From Scenedesmus sp. PABB004 (Eukaryota), in contig JABVCE010000019.1 in assembly GCA_014905635.1 (NCBI GenBank), positions 682,001-741,475 of the forward strand: DNA of 59,475 nucleotides. Direction: 5' to 3'. The notes under the pieces are model-generated. The model had not been told where the DNA came from and did not search any database. It saw only the letters and a program-made list of their open reading frames with translations. The translations under genes were made by a program, and so were the position numbers. Below, piece after piece: positions 1-11,333 of this stretch; the first letter of the stretch is position 1, and each line of letters begins with the position of its first letter.

Positions 1-237
1 CTGGGCCTCGCCTGGAACCAGGCGCTCGAGGGCGTGCTGCTCGCGGGCGGGCAGCAGGCCTACGTCGTCCGCGTGTACCCCGCCGCCGTCGGCGCGGCGC
101 TCGCGGGCCTCGCCGCCGGCGCGGCGCGCGGGCGCGGCCTGCCGGGCGTGTGGTGGGCGCTGTGCGCGTACTACGCGGTGCTCGCCGCCGGCTTTGGCGC
201 GCGCTTCTGGCTGCCGCCCCGCCGCCGCGCGCGCTAG
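1..237 (+). CDS. 3' fragment of a probable MATE/DinF-like membrane transporter (truncated by window start)
   Basis: Frame open from base 1 to TAG at 235-237: LGLAWNQALEGVLLAGGQQAYVVRVYP...GLPGVWWALCAYYAVLAAGFGARF. The hydrophobic helices with EGVLLA and GLPGVWWAL resemble MATE C-terminal helices. Confidence 0.55.
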   Translation: MGLAWNQALEGVLLAGGQQAYVVRVYPAAVGAALAGLAAGAARGRGLPGVWWALCAYYAVLAAGFGARFWLPPRRRAR

Positions 238-776
238 CCCCGGGCGGGGTGCGCACCCTGGGTTTGCTCGAAGGGCTGGCGGGGGCGTGCCTTGAACGAT
301 TCGCAGCTGCGCGCTGACCGAGGGGCGTTGGCCGCGGTGGGCTGCCGCGCGTGCTGCTGGGGCGCGCGCGGGGGGCGTTCTCAGTGCGAGGCGTGCTTAG
401 TGCCTGTATCTCTCTCTGCTCTTGCGGCCATGTGCGGACGGACGGGCGGCGCCCCAGCGCCGCCGGCCGTGGGGGAGGCTGCGAACTGCGCTGTCCGTCG
501 CCTGGCGGCTCGAGGGGCGGGGCTGGCCGGCTTTGAACCCTGGCGGCCCGCCAAGCTCGTGAACGCGACCGCCGCCGGTCGCGCCGTGCCGCCAGCGTCG
601 GCCCGGGAGCCCACAGCGCGCCGCCGCAGCACCGCCCGCCGCAGCCGGCACCGCCGCTGCGCCGCGCCGCACCGCGCGGCCGCTATTTGGTGGCCTACCT
701 CTCGCAGCGCGCACAGGCTCTGCTGCAGGAGGTGCTGCAGGGACTGCTGCGTCACGACCGCGCTGCAGGGAGCACG

Positions 777-3700
777 ATGCTGCAGCGGCAGCAGCAGCGG
801 TGGCAGCAGCGGCGGCGCGGCGCGGCGCCGCCCGCGGCGCGCCCCTGCTGGGGGCTCATTCGCCCGCCGCGAGCAGTCCAGGCGGCGGCGCGCAGCACGG
901 AGCGCGCGGAGGGCGAGCTGCAGGTGCGGCGGCGAGAGCGCGGCAGCACGCGGCGACCTGATCGGCCGGCCGCTCGCGAGATCGCGCGCCGCACCCGCGC
1001 CGCCGCACCCGGCGCGCAGGTGTCGCGCGTCAGCAACAGCGGCGGCAGCCGCAAGGCGTTCAGCGAGGTGCGCGCGCGCCGTGCCGCGCCGCGCGCCGTG
1101 CCGCGCCGCGCGCCGTGCCGCGCCGCGCGCCGTGCCGCGCCGCGCGCCGTGCCGCGCCGCGCGCCGTGCCGCGCCGCGCGCCGTGCCGCGCCGCCCCCTC
1201 ACGCCGCGCGCTGCGGCGGCGCGGCGTCCCCGGCAGGCCTTCTGCCGGCTGACGGGGCTGACCACGTCCCCCGTGGTCGAGATCACGCCCGAGGCGCTCG
1301 CGGCGGCGCCGTACCCGCGCTACACGCCGCCGCTGTCAGACGTCGCCGTGCGTGCCCGCCCGCGCGCTCGGGAGCCCGCACGCGCGCCCCGCCGCACCCC
1401 ACACTTGCACCCCTCCCGCCCCGCGCGCACGCTCGCTCACACGCGCGCACTGGCACACACACAACGCGCGCGCGCAGGTGCAGCAGAAGCGCCCGTACTG
1501 GGGCGGCGGCCGCGGCTACACCGACACAGACGTCGGCTACCTGGCCTTCTTTGGCGCCATGCACGCCATTGCCCTCGTCGGCGCGCCGCTCACGGCGTCG
1601 TGGGACTGCGCGCGCCTGCTGCTCGCCGGGTGCGGCGACGGGCCGCGGCACGGGGACGGCCGCGCGCGCGCGCGCGCGCGGGGGGCCTCCCGCCCCGCTC
1701 TTGCCCACAGCCGGCCATGCTGCCCCCCCCCCCCCCATACACACACACACACACACACCGCTCGCCCCCACCCGCTCCCCCGTCCACGCCCGACCCTAAA
1801 CCCCCGCCCGCAGCTACGTTGTGACTGGGTGCCTCGGTGTGAGCCTGAGCTACCACCGCCAGCTCAGCCACAAGGCCTTCCGCTGCCCCAAGGTGACGCG
1901 CAGCGGCACGGGCCGCGCGGGCCGCGCGGGCGGCGCGGACAGCCGCAGGGGCCGCCGGGCTCGCGGGGCGCCGCCAGCTCGATCACTCCGGGAGGGACCG
2001 CTGGCGCCCCCGGGGGCGGATGTGAGCGGGCCCGCCCACATCCGTTTGCACGTGCGCTCACACTCCCGCGCTCGCGCTCCCTCCCGCGCTGTCACTCCCA
2101 CCCGCGCTGTCACCCTCTCATCCCCCCCCCAGTGGCTAGAGTACGGCCTGTCCTACTGCGGCGCGCTGGCGTTTGAGGGCGACCCCGTGGAGTGGGCCAA
2201 GATGCACACCTGGTGCGCGGGGGGGGGGGGGGGGCAGGGCTCAGGGGCGCCGGGGCTCAACGCGGAGGGCGGCTCAGGGCTTGGGGTTGGGGCTCGAGGC
2301 AGGCTCCAGGAGGGCGCGGCGCCTGCCACCCACAAGGGCGCTCGCGCCTCGCGCCGCGCTCCGACGCCGCACCGCCGTGCCGCGTGCCGCTGCGCCGCCA
2401 CACCGCGCCGCCGCGCTCGCCAGGCACCACCAGCACTCGGACACGGCCGCCGACCGGCACTCGCCGCGCGACGGCCTCTGGCACTCCCAGATGGGCTGGC
2501 TGTTTGACGAGAGCCTGACCAACACACGGTGTGTGTGTGTGTGGGGGGGGGGGTCCGGCTGGGCGGAGGGCTCGTGCGCGGGCGCCTGCGCCCAGCGCGC
2601 GCACGCGCGTGCCTCCCTTGACCGCCTCTCCCTCCCGCCGCTCGCCCACCTCCGCCCGCCCTCCCCGTCATGCGCCGCGCCGCGCAGGCGCGACGCGAGC
2701 GGCGCAGGCAAGGAGTCGCTCGCGGCGCCGTGGTTTTACGCCGAGTCGCCGGGGTTTTACGGCTGGCTGCGAGAGACCTACATGTACCACATGCTCGCCC
2801 AGGTGCTAGGGTTCAGGGTTAAGACCCTGCGCGCCGCACGGCCGGCCGCGCCGCGCGTCGTCCCCGCGGGGCGCGGCGCGCGCGGCCGGCAGTCACGTGG
2901 CCCGCCCAGCCGCCGCGGCGCCGGGGCCTGCCGCCGCGCCGCCGCCGCCGCGCCCGCGCTCGTGCTCAACCCCGCGCCTGCGCCTCCCTGCCTGCCCCCC
3001 GCCCCCAGGCGCTGTTCTTCCTGGCCTGGGGCGGCGTGCCGTACTTCATCTGGGGCTTTGTGCTGCGCGTGCTGGTCACCATGCACATGACCTGGTGCGC
3101 CGAGGGTTCAGCCCCCCCCCCCCTAAACCCCACCTGCCTCGCTCCAGCGGGCCGCGCGCCACGCCGGCAGCCCCGGCAGGCCCGCGTGGCGCGCGCGCCG
3201 CGCCGCCCCTCGGCGGCGCGAGCGCGGCGCCCCGCCTACGCGCTCCCCCCGCCGCCGCGGCGCAGGCTCGTCAACAGCGCGGTGCACGTGTGGGGCGACC
3301 AGCCGTTTGCCACGGGCGACGAGTGAGCGCGCGGCTGCCGCGCGGCCCCAGGCACTGCCAGCGGGCATGGGCACAGCCCAGGCCCGGCCCGCGCGCCGAG
3401 CTCGGTCTGTGCCTGCGGTGTGCGCCTGCGGCCCTGGAGCCCTGACGCCCGCCCCGCCCGCCGCGCGGCGCCGCAGCTCGCGCAACAACGCGGTCGTCGC
3501 GCTCCTCGTCTTTGGCGACGGCTGGTGCGCCGCGCGGCGCGGCGCGCGCGTCGCGCCGTGCACGCGCGGCACGTGCCGCGCCGTGCCGCGCCGACGCATG
3601 GCGCGGCGCCGCGCCCCCCCCCCCCCCCCCCCCCCGTCGCGGCGCAGGCACAACAACCACCATGCCTTCCCCAGCTCCGCCGCGCACGGCCTGGAGTGGT

Positions 3701-3946
3701 GGCAGGTTGACGCCTCATACGCCATCATACGGTGAGACCCTGAGGCCCCTTGCCCGCGCGGCGGGCCGGCTCACCCAGCTGGGCCGGGCTGCCCCAGTGC
3801 CCCCCCCCCCTCCCACACTCCCGCGCTGCCGCCCCGCCGCCCCCGCGCCGCCGGCTGCACCACGCAGCGCGCTGGAGGCGGTGGGCCTCGCGTGGGACGT
3901 GCGGCGGCCGACCGCGGCGCAGATGGCGCGGCTGCGGCGCAACTGA
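777..3946 (+). CDS. Acyl-lipid desaturase, delta-9-like ADS/FAD5 family, probably plastid-targeted (multi-exon)
   Basis: Joined exons give three His boxes (SYHRQLSH, MHTWHH across a splice junction, GWHNNHHAFP) plus HSPRDGLWHSQMGWLF, LVNSAVHVWG and SRNN. The Arg/Ala-rich N-terminus from ATG 777 is transit-like (start inferred). Stop TGA ends at 3946. Confidence 0.9.
1078..1193. repeat. 17-bp intronic minisatellite (GCCGTGCCGCGCCGCGC), about 7 copies
   Basis: Directly visible tandem array filling most of a desaturase intron. Confidence 0.9.
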
Positions 3947-4530
3947 TGGCGGCGGACGCGGGACGTGCCGCTGGCGTGCGCCGTGCAGAGGGCATGAGGA
4001 GGCGCGGGCAGGGCGCAGGCTGGCGTGGGGAGCCTGGCCAGGGGGCGCGGGCGCTGCCCCCGCCCTGTGGCCGGGGCGGGCCCGCGTGCGCGAGGCACAG
4101 GCTGGCGGCGCTAGGCGGATGCTGCTGGGCGCGCGGAAACGCACGAGCGGGGAACGGGCGCGTGCTGGCGGTGGCACACATGCGATTACGCACGAGCGCT
4201 CGCCCCCCGACGACGCAGTCGTCCCCGGCGGCCGCATCGAGGGCAGCCGCGGGCTGCTGCGCAGGCCGGCACGCGCTTTGTTATTCTGCACCATGTGCCA
4301 GTGCCAGCCCAGCTGAGCGGTCAGCCGGCGAGTCAGACAGACAAGGCAGGCAAGGGCATAACGAGGCTCAGGGTCAGGCCCCACACTAAAAAGCGTGGTG
4401 TGTGCGTGTCACTGGGGTGGAGTCGGCCCCGGACCTCTCGTCAGAGGCGTCAAGGTCAGGCGTCAGCCGGCGTATGATGAATTGCAACGTGCCCCAAGCG
4501 TGTGCGTTGCCCTTGCTATGATGCCTGCGC

Positions 4531-6490
4531 TCAGCCCTGCTGGTGGGTCGCGTGGTTGTCGGTCTTGACGGGCGCGGGCGCGGGCGCGGTGGCCACGGCC
4601 TGGCGGGGCGCGCCCGCCACGAGGACGCCGGTCCCGTGCGACACGCCGGCGGGCGCCGCGATGAGGCGGGCGGTGCCGCTGCCGACGGTGCCGGCCTTGG
4701 CGGTGGCGCGCGGGTCGGCGGCGGACGCGACGGCCTGGTTGATGGCCTTGGCGGTCTGCTGCTGGCTGATGGTCGCGCGCGCGCCCTGGGAGCCCTGGTT
4801 GCGAGCCTGCGCGGCGAGCGCCAGGAGCAGGGGCGGAGGTGGTGTTAGGCAAGGCAGCAGGGGTGGCAGGCATGCAGCCCCGCACAGTGGCGCGGCGCAC
4901 GAGCGGCTCTGATCTGAGCGCACGGGCGGGCCAAAAGCGAAGCGAACCGCGCCACGACGCAGGGACAGCACGCACCTGGAGCAGGTGGCGACCCGTGGTG
5001 GGGCGGGGCGCGGGCGCGGTGGCCACGGCCTGGCGGGGCGCGCCCGTCACGAGCACACCGGTCTGGGGCGTCAGGCCGGCGGGCGCCGCGATGGTGCGGG
5101 CGGTGCCGGTACCGACAGCGCCGGCCACGGTGGTGGCGCGCGGGTTGGCGGCGGACTTGACGGCCTGGTTGATGGCCTTGGCGGTCTGCTGCTGGCTGAT
5201 GGTCGCGCGCGCGCCCTGGGCGCCCTGGTTGCGAGCCTGCGCGGCGAGCACCAGGAGCAGGGGCGGAGGTGGGGTCAGGCCAAGCAGCGTGGGTTGGTGT
5301 GCCGGTGTGCAGCCACGCGCGAGCGGCTCTGATCTGAGCGCACGGGCGGGCCAAAAGCGAAGCGAACCGCGCCACGACGCAGGGACAGCACGCACCTGAA
5401 GCAGGTGGCGACCCGTGGTGGGGCGGGGCGCGGGCGCGGTGGCCACGGCCTGGCGGGGCGCGCCCGTCACGAGCACACCGGTCTGGGGCGTCAGGCCGGC
5501 GGGCGCCGCGATGGTGCGGGCGGTGCCGGTACCGACAGCGCCGGCCACGGTGGTGGCGCGCGGGTTGGCGGCGGACTTGACGGCCTGGTTGATGGCCTTG
5601 GCGGTCTGCTGCTGGCTGATGGTCGCGCGCGCGCCCTGGGCGCCCTGGTTGCGAGCCTGCGCGGCGAGCACCAGGAGCAGGGGCGGAGGTGGGGTCAGGC
5701 CAAGCAGCGTGGGTTGGTGTGCCGGTGTGCAGCCACGCGCGAGCGGCTCTGATCTGAGCGCACGGGCGGGCCAAAAGCGAAGCGAACCGCGCCACGACGC
5801 AGGGACAGCACGCACCTGGAGCAGGTGGCGACCCGTGGTGGGGCGGGGCGCGGGCGCGGTGGCCACGGCCTGGCGGGGCGCGCCCGTCACGAGCACACCG
5901 GTCTGGGGCGTCAGGCCGGCGGGCGCCGCGATGGTGCGGGCGGTGCCGGTACCGACAGCGCCGGCCACGGTGGTGGCGCGCGGGTTGGCGGCGGACTTGA
6001 CGGCCTGGTTGATGGCCTTGGCAGTCTGCTGCTGGCTGATGGTCGCGCGCGCGCCCTGGGCGCCCTGGTTGCGAGCCTGCGCGGCGAGAGAGAGAGGGGG
6101 GCTGCTGGTCACAAGGCGGCGGCCGGCGCGCAACGAAAAGGGCGCCGCGGCTGCCCGCCTCGGTCGCGACCGTCGCGCACCTGGAGCAGCTGCCTCACGC
6201 CGGCCCCTGCGAGGCGAGCGGGCGGATGCGCAGGCGCGCGTGAGGCCGCGATGCCGCCGGCACGCCCGGCGCGCGTGGACAGGCCCAAACGGCGCGCAGA
6301 GGGCTGAACGTGATACCACCTGCGCCATGCATGTCTCCGGCGTGCCGCGGCTGGCGTGGACGCCCCTGGCGGCGCGCAGCGGCCGCGCATCCACATGCGT
6401 GCCCCGAGTACACCCGCGCGCACCGTCAAACGCAGCCTGCGCGCTGCCCACGAGCACCATAACGGCCAGAAGACCGATCAGGCGGGCCAT
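4531..6490 (-). CDS. Secreted tandem-repeat polyprotein, about 383 aa: signal peptide plus 4 units, each preceded by RxLLQ
   Basis: Exons 6490-6424, 6206-6181, 6076-5816, 5656-5396, 5236-4976 and 4806-4531, all GT-AG. Translation is MARLIGLLAVMVLVGSAQAAFDGAGVRQLLQ, then three identical 87-aa units (ARNQGAQGARATISQQQTAKAINQAV...PTTGRHLLQ), then a diverged unit ending HATHQQG*. Confidence 0.85.
4900..6087. repeat. 420-bp tandem repeat (261-bp exon plus 159-bp intron), about 2.8 near-identical copies, with a diverged exon copy at 4531-4806
   Basis: The sequence lines starting at 4981, 5401 and 5821 are identical at 420-bp spacing. Only isolated substitutions are seen, e.g. at 5399 and 6023. Confidence 0.95.
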
Positions 6491-6906
6491 CGTTGCTGAG
6501 ACGCGAGGCGGCGGGGCAGGCTGGTGCCGAGGCGGCCGCGGGCGCGCGTGAGCACGGAAAGCGGCCGCGTTGAGCCGGCGAACGCGTAGAGTGGGCGTGC
6601 CCGAGGCCGCACGGCGAGTACCACAGCCACTGGATCGCCGACGCCCACGATTCCGTCCGCTTCGAAACCTCGCCGGTGACAACGGATGATTGCGCCCTTT
6701 CCGCGTGCGCGGGCGCCCCCAAGACGTGCGGCATCGTCAGGAGCCAAACGCGCCGTGCGCGGTGGGTTCCTCTTGCCTCTGCACGCCGGCAGGGGCCTCG
6801 CATCGCACCCGAGTTCGCCGCGCTGTCTGCGCCTCATTTTATCGTCCGCGCCCGGCGCCGCCCACAAATCTGCCCAGACCGCAAGACCCGTGACACCGGA
6901 AGCGCA

Positions 6907-9375
6907 ATGAGGCCGTTCACGCTCCTGTGCTTGCTGTTCGTGGCTGCCGGCGTGGTGCGTGGCCAGCGCCCGGCGGCTCACGATCGCGATGCTCAGAGCC
7001 GTCCGTCGCAGCGGCGGAGGCCCCGTCTCGTGGCTGCAGCGGCCGCGCGCGGCTGCCCGGTGCACGCACGGCGGCACGCCACGCGCCCGCCGCCGCGCAC
7101 TCCCGCCGCAGGCCCGCGCGGCCGACGCGCCGCTGGCCAAGGGCCTCGCCGGCGACCCCGACACGCGGCTGTGGGCGCGGCTCATGGACGCGCTCGGCGT
7201 GCGCGCCGACGCGGCGGCGACGTACGCCACGCTCCTCACGCCCACCGACCAGGCGGTCTCGTCGTTCCTCTTCGAGATGGGCCTCACATTCGACGACCTC
7301 CTCGCGCCCGGGCGCCGCGTGCTGGTGCGGCGCCGCGCCCGCGCCCGCGCGGGCGGGGTAGGCTGGGGCTGGGCCTGAGCGCCGGGGCCGAGCGCGCACC
7401 AGCCACCTCACGTGCGCCGCCGGCCGCCGCAGGTGGACGCGCTGCTGTCGTACCACCTCGTGCCGGGCGTGGCGATCACCGACTGGCGCCGCGCCGACCC
7501 GCGCCAGCCGGGGCGCCCCCTCATCTCCGGCGACCCAGCCGCGCCAACCCAGATGACCACCGGTGGGCCGCGACGGCGGCAGCGCTCGGCGAGGCCGGCG
7601 CGCGGCCGCCGGCGCGGCGGCCAGCCCTCGCGCGCCCGCGCCCGCCCACGCGCCCGCGCCCGCGCCCGAGCGCGCCCCGCCCCGGCCGCGGCCGCGCGCG
7701 CCGCAGGCGACGTGGACGCGCTGCTGGGCGCGTACGTATCGCCCGTCACGGGCCTGGTCACCCTGCTGGACGCGCAGGGTAACCGCGCCGTGGTCGTGGG
7801 CCCGCCGCGCCGCGAGGTGCGGCGCGGGGGTCACGCTGCCCCCACCGGCGGCCGGGGCAGGCGACATCGGCGCCCCCCCCCCCCCCCCCCAAAAAAACCC
7901 GCCGGGGCAGACCGCCCCAGCCCGCAGCCCTGTCCCACACCCGACCCCTGCCCCGCCCGCGGCGCCGCAGGGCAACCTGGTCTTCCACGACGTCAGCGCG
8001 GTGCTCATGTCCTGGTCGTACTTCTTCAACGCCGTCGACGCGCTGCGCGCCTACCCCCAGGTGGGTGGGCTGCGGCTGCCAAGTGCTTTTACCAGGCTGC
8101 GCAGGCCCTCCGGCTGGCGCCGGGGGGGGGGGGGGTGTTCCGCCGCGCTCCGGGCGCCCGGGCGCGGCACGCGGGAGGCGCGCGCCGGGCGCGCCGGCGG
8201 CGGCTCACGCGCCCGCCGCGCCGCGCGGCCGCAGTGGAGCGGCGCGTCGGGCCTGCTCGCCAAGGCCGCGCTCGTGTCGCCGCCGCTCGCGGACAGCCTG
8301 ATCGGCAAGAGCGAGGCGACGTTCCTCTTCCCCAGCAACGACGCGCTCGAGGCCGACGGCTACGCGCGCCGCCTCGCGTCCGCGCCCTCCGCCCAGGCGC
8401 GGCAGCGGCGCGGCCGCGCGGCCGCGCGGCCGCGCGCGCCGGCGCTGCCCGCCCGGCCGCCCGGCTGCCCTGGCCGCCCCGGTGCAGCGTCCCACGCGCG
8501 CCCGCCTTGAACCTTGAACCTGCCCTCCCCCGCCCCGCCCCTCCCCGCAGCTCGCGGCGCTGATGTCGTACCACGTGCTGCCCGGGCTGCGCCCCGTGCC
8601 GGGCGGCTGGCCCGCCGGCGCGACGGCGCAGACGCTGCTCTCCGGTCGCAGCATCACCGCCGCGCTCTCGACGTCGTGAGCGCGCCGCGCGCCGCGCCGC
8701 GCGCCGCGCCGCGCGCGCCCGCCCCCGGCGGCCGGCTGCAGCGCCGCGGCGCCAGCAGCCCAGCCCTCACCGCGCCGCCGCCGCCGCGCCAGCGCCGCGG
8801 TCGACCCCTACTCCGGCGCGGCTGAGCGCGCGCCGCTGGTGACGCTGCGCGGCGACGGCGGGCCGCGCACCGCCAACGTGACGGTCATGAACATCTACGC
8901 CGGCAAGGTGGGGCGAGGCTCTGGGGCTTGGGTTTAGGGGTTCAGGGAGTTCAGGAGGAGGGGCTAAGGGAGGGGCTGCCGAGAGCGCGCAGCGCGGGCG
9001 CGAGGCGCCGCGGACGCGCGCGGCGCGATCAGCGAGGCCCGCCGCGTCCGCCGCCGCGTCCGCCCGCCGCAGTCGATCGTGCAGGGCATCAACAACATTC
9101 TCCGCCCCAACGACGCCGCGCTGGCGCCGCTGTTCAGCGGCGGCGGCGCCGCGCCCGCGTCGGGCCAGGCCGGCCGGCACCTGCTGCAGCGCCACCGCGG
9201 CGGCGGCGCGGCGCGCTCGCACGCCAACAACTGGGGCGCCCAGAACACGCAGCGCGCGATCCGCGCCGCGGCGCGCGGCGACATCCCGGTCTCGTATGCG
9301 ACGCGCGCGGGCAGCCGCAACGCGCAGCTCGCGCGCGGCGGGTGCGCCAACTGCTGGCGCTGGGGCGCGTGGTGA
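6907..9375 (+). CDS. Secreted protein with two fasciclin (FAS1) domains and an RHLLQ-delimited C-terminal module (multi-exon)
   Basis: Signal peptide MRPFTLLCLLFVAAGV. FAS1 H1, YH and H2 motifs occur twice: TLLTPTDQA, LLSYHLVPG, VFHDVSAVL and TFLFPSNDA, LMSYHVLPG, IVQGINNILRP. Stop TGA ends at 9375. Confidence 0.85.
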
Positions 9376-9803
9376 GCGGGCGCCGCGCGCAGGGGCCACC
9401 ATTGAACAGAAGGCGGGCCCTGGCCACCCAGGGCTGAGACGGACCACGCTACGCGCGGCTTGAGCGCCGAACCTCGCGACGGCGGGCGTTGGGGGCGTGG
9501 GCGTGCATGGGGCGCGTTGCGTGCGCTCAAACGCATGGGTTGGGCGGGTCCGAGCGCGCAGGCGCGGGACCGTTTGGCGTGCGAGGGCGTCGCCGCGATG
9601 CACGGCACCACCAGACGTCTAACGAGCCATGCGAGGCGGGTCTGCATCGCTTCAAAGCGGGTTGATATTGCTTGTGCGCGCCGCTCAAGTGGCGACGCTG
9701 ACGTAACAAGCTCGTTCGTCGCGCCCGGCTCCCCGCCCGCCCGGGCCCCGCCATACTGTTGAACCGCAAACTAGCATTAGAGGTGGGCGAGGGTCGACCG
9801 GCG

Positions 9804-11333
9804 ATGGCCGTGGGGCGCTGGTGTTGCCATGAGCTCCCGCAAGAACGCGGCGACCATCCTGCTGGTGAGCATGGGCACCTGCTGGACCAGCTGCAGGTCG
9901 GCGTCCAGCCGGTCGGCGTCCAGCCGTCGCCGGGCGGCGCCGCCCACCGCCCGCCGCTGCTGCTCGCCGGTGCCGCCGCTGCTGCTGCGGCCGCCCCGCA
10001 GCTTCAGCGCAAGGCGTCGCGCCTGCGGTCCGCCATCCGCGCGCTGGAGCGGGAGCGGGAGCAGCTGGCCGTGCGCGCTGAGGTGGTGGACCTCCTGGTG
10101 CAGCACCAAGACGCGATCGCGCAGTGAGCAGGCTGCCTGCCGGCGGCGGGCCGCGGCACGGGCCGCCAGCCTGCCTGCCGCCGAGCGCCGCCTGCCGCGC
10201 GCCTGACGGCGGCCCGGCCGGCCGCCCGCCCGCCCGCGCGCAGCGCGCTGCGCCGCCTCGTGTCGCGCGCCAGCGGCGGCGGGGTCGCCGGCGACTCCTG
10301 CGACGCGTGCCCGCCGTTTGCGAGCCTCGAGGACGACACGGGGCTCGTCACGCCGGCGCTGCGCGCGTGGCCGCTGCTGGACCGCCTGCAGCGCCTCGAC
10401 CTGTCGCCCTTTGCCTGGCTCGCGTCCGCGCGCCCCGCCGACGCGGCGGCCGCGTGCGCGGCCGCGCTCTCGCCGCTGCCGGGCCTGCTCGCGGCGGCGC
10501 GCGCGGGCGGCGACGCCGGTGCGCCGGACGGCGCGGCGCGGCGCGCGCTGGACGGCGCGGTCGTGGGCGTTCTGCACCTGACCAAGGCAATGTACCTCCT
10601 CGCACCCCACCTCGCGCACAGCATGAACGGGCTCAACCTGCTCACGCGCGCGCGCGAGGCGCCGCCGCCGGGGCACTGGGCGGCCGCGATGGCGGCGGCG
10701 CGCGTGACGGCGGGCCAGGCGCGCGTGATGACGGGCGTGCTGGCGCTCGTCGTGCCGGCCATGGACGCGCTCGAGGCGGAGCGGGCCGCGCTGGCAGACG
10801 CCATCGCGGCGACGCACGAGCCCAGCCTCGCGGCGCAGCAGCAGCAGGCACAGGCAGCGCGCGGCGGAGAAGCGTCGGCGGCGCCGGCGCAGGCCGCGCC
10901 GCGCGTGCGGACGCGCCGCGCCGCGGCCGCCGCCGAGGCGGCAGAGGCGGCGGGGGCGGCAGCGCACACCTGTTCGGCGAGTCCCCGGGGCGGGCCGGGT
11001 GGGCGGCCCGCGTCGCCCGCCGCCAGCACAGGCAGCACCCGCGATGGCGCGGCTGCCGGCGAGGCCCCGCGCCGCGCGCCGCCGCCGCCGGTGGCGGCGT
11101 GCCGCGACGCGGTCGGCGAGATGTGCCGCTGGCTGCTGGCGTGGCGCACGCTCAGCGGCGCGCGCAGCGCGGTCACGTACGCGCTGGACTCGGAGCAGCT
11201 CGCGGCGGTGCTGGTCGCGAGCCTGCCGTACTTGCCGGCCACGTCGATGATGTGTGACTTCCTGCCAAGCGCGGAGCTGGAGCCACGACCAGGGGCGGCG
11301 ACCAGGGGCGGGGCGGCGGCGGGCGGCTGCTGA
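9804..11333 (+). CDS. Uncharacterised protein with an N-terminal basic/coiled-coil (bZIP-like) segment, 2 exons
   Basis: Exons 9804-10123 and 10244-11333 join in frame via a GT-AG intron (DAIAH-ALRRLVSR). Heptad-like segment QRKASRLRSAIRALEREREQLAVRAEVVDLL. Function not recognised and start codon inferred. Confidence 0.55.

Noticed and set aside
4900..6087. CRISPR array or transposon interpretation of the repeats
   Set aside because: There are no unique spacers, cas genes, transposase or terminal repeats. The units are coding exon-intron duplications.
4463..6682. 739-aa unspliced ORF as the real repeat protein
   Set aside because: It reads through canonical GT-AG introns and loses frame with the fourth unit. 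The spliced model restores the signal peptide and all four units.
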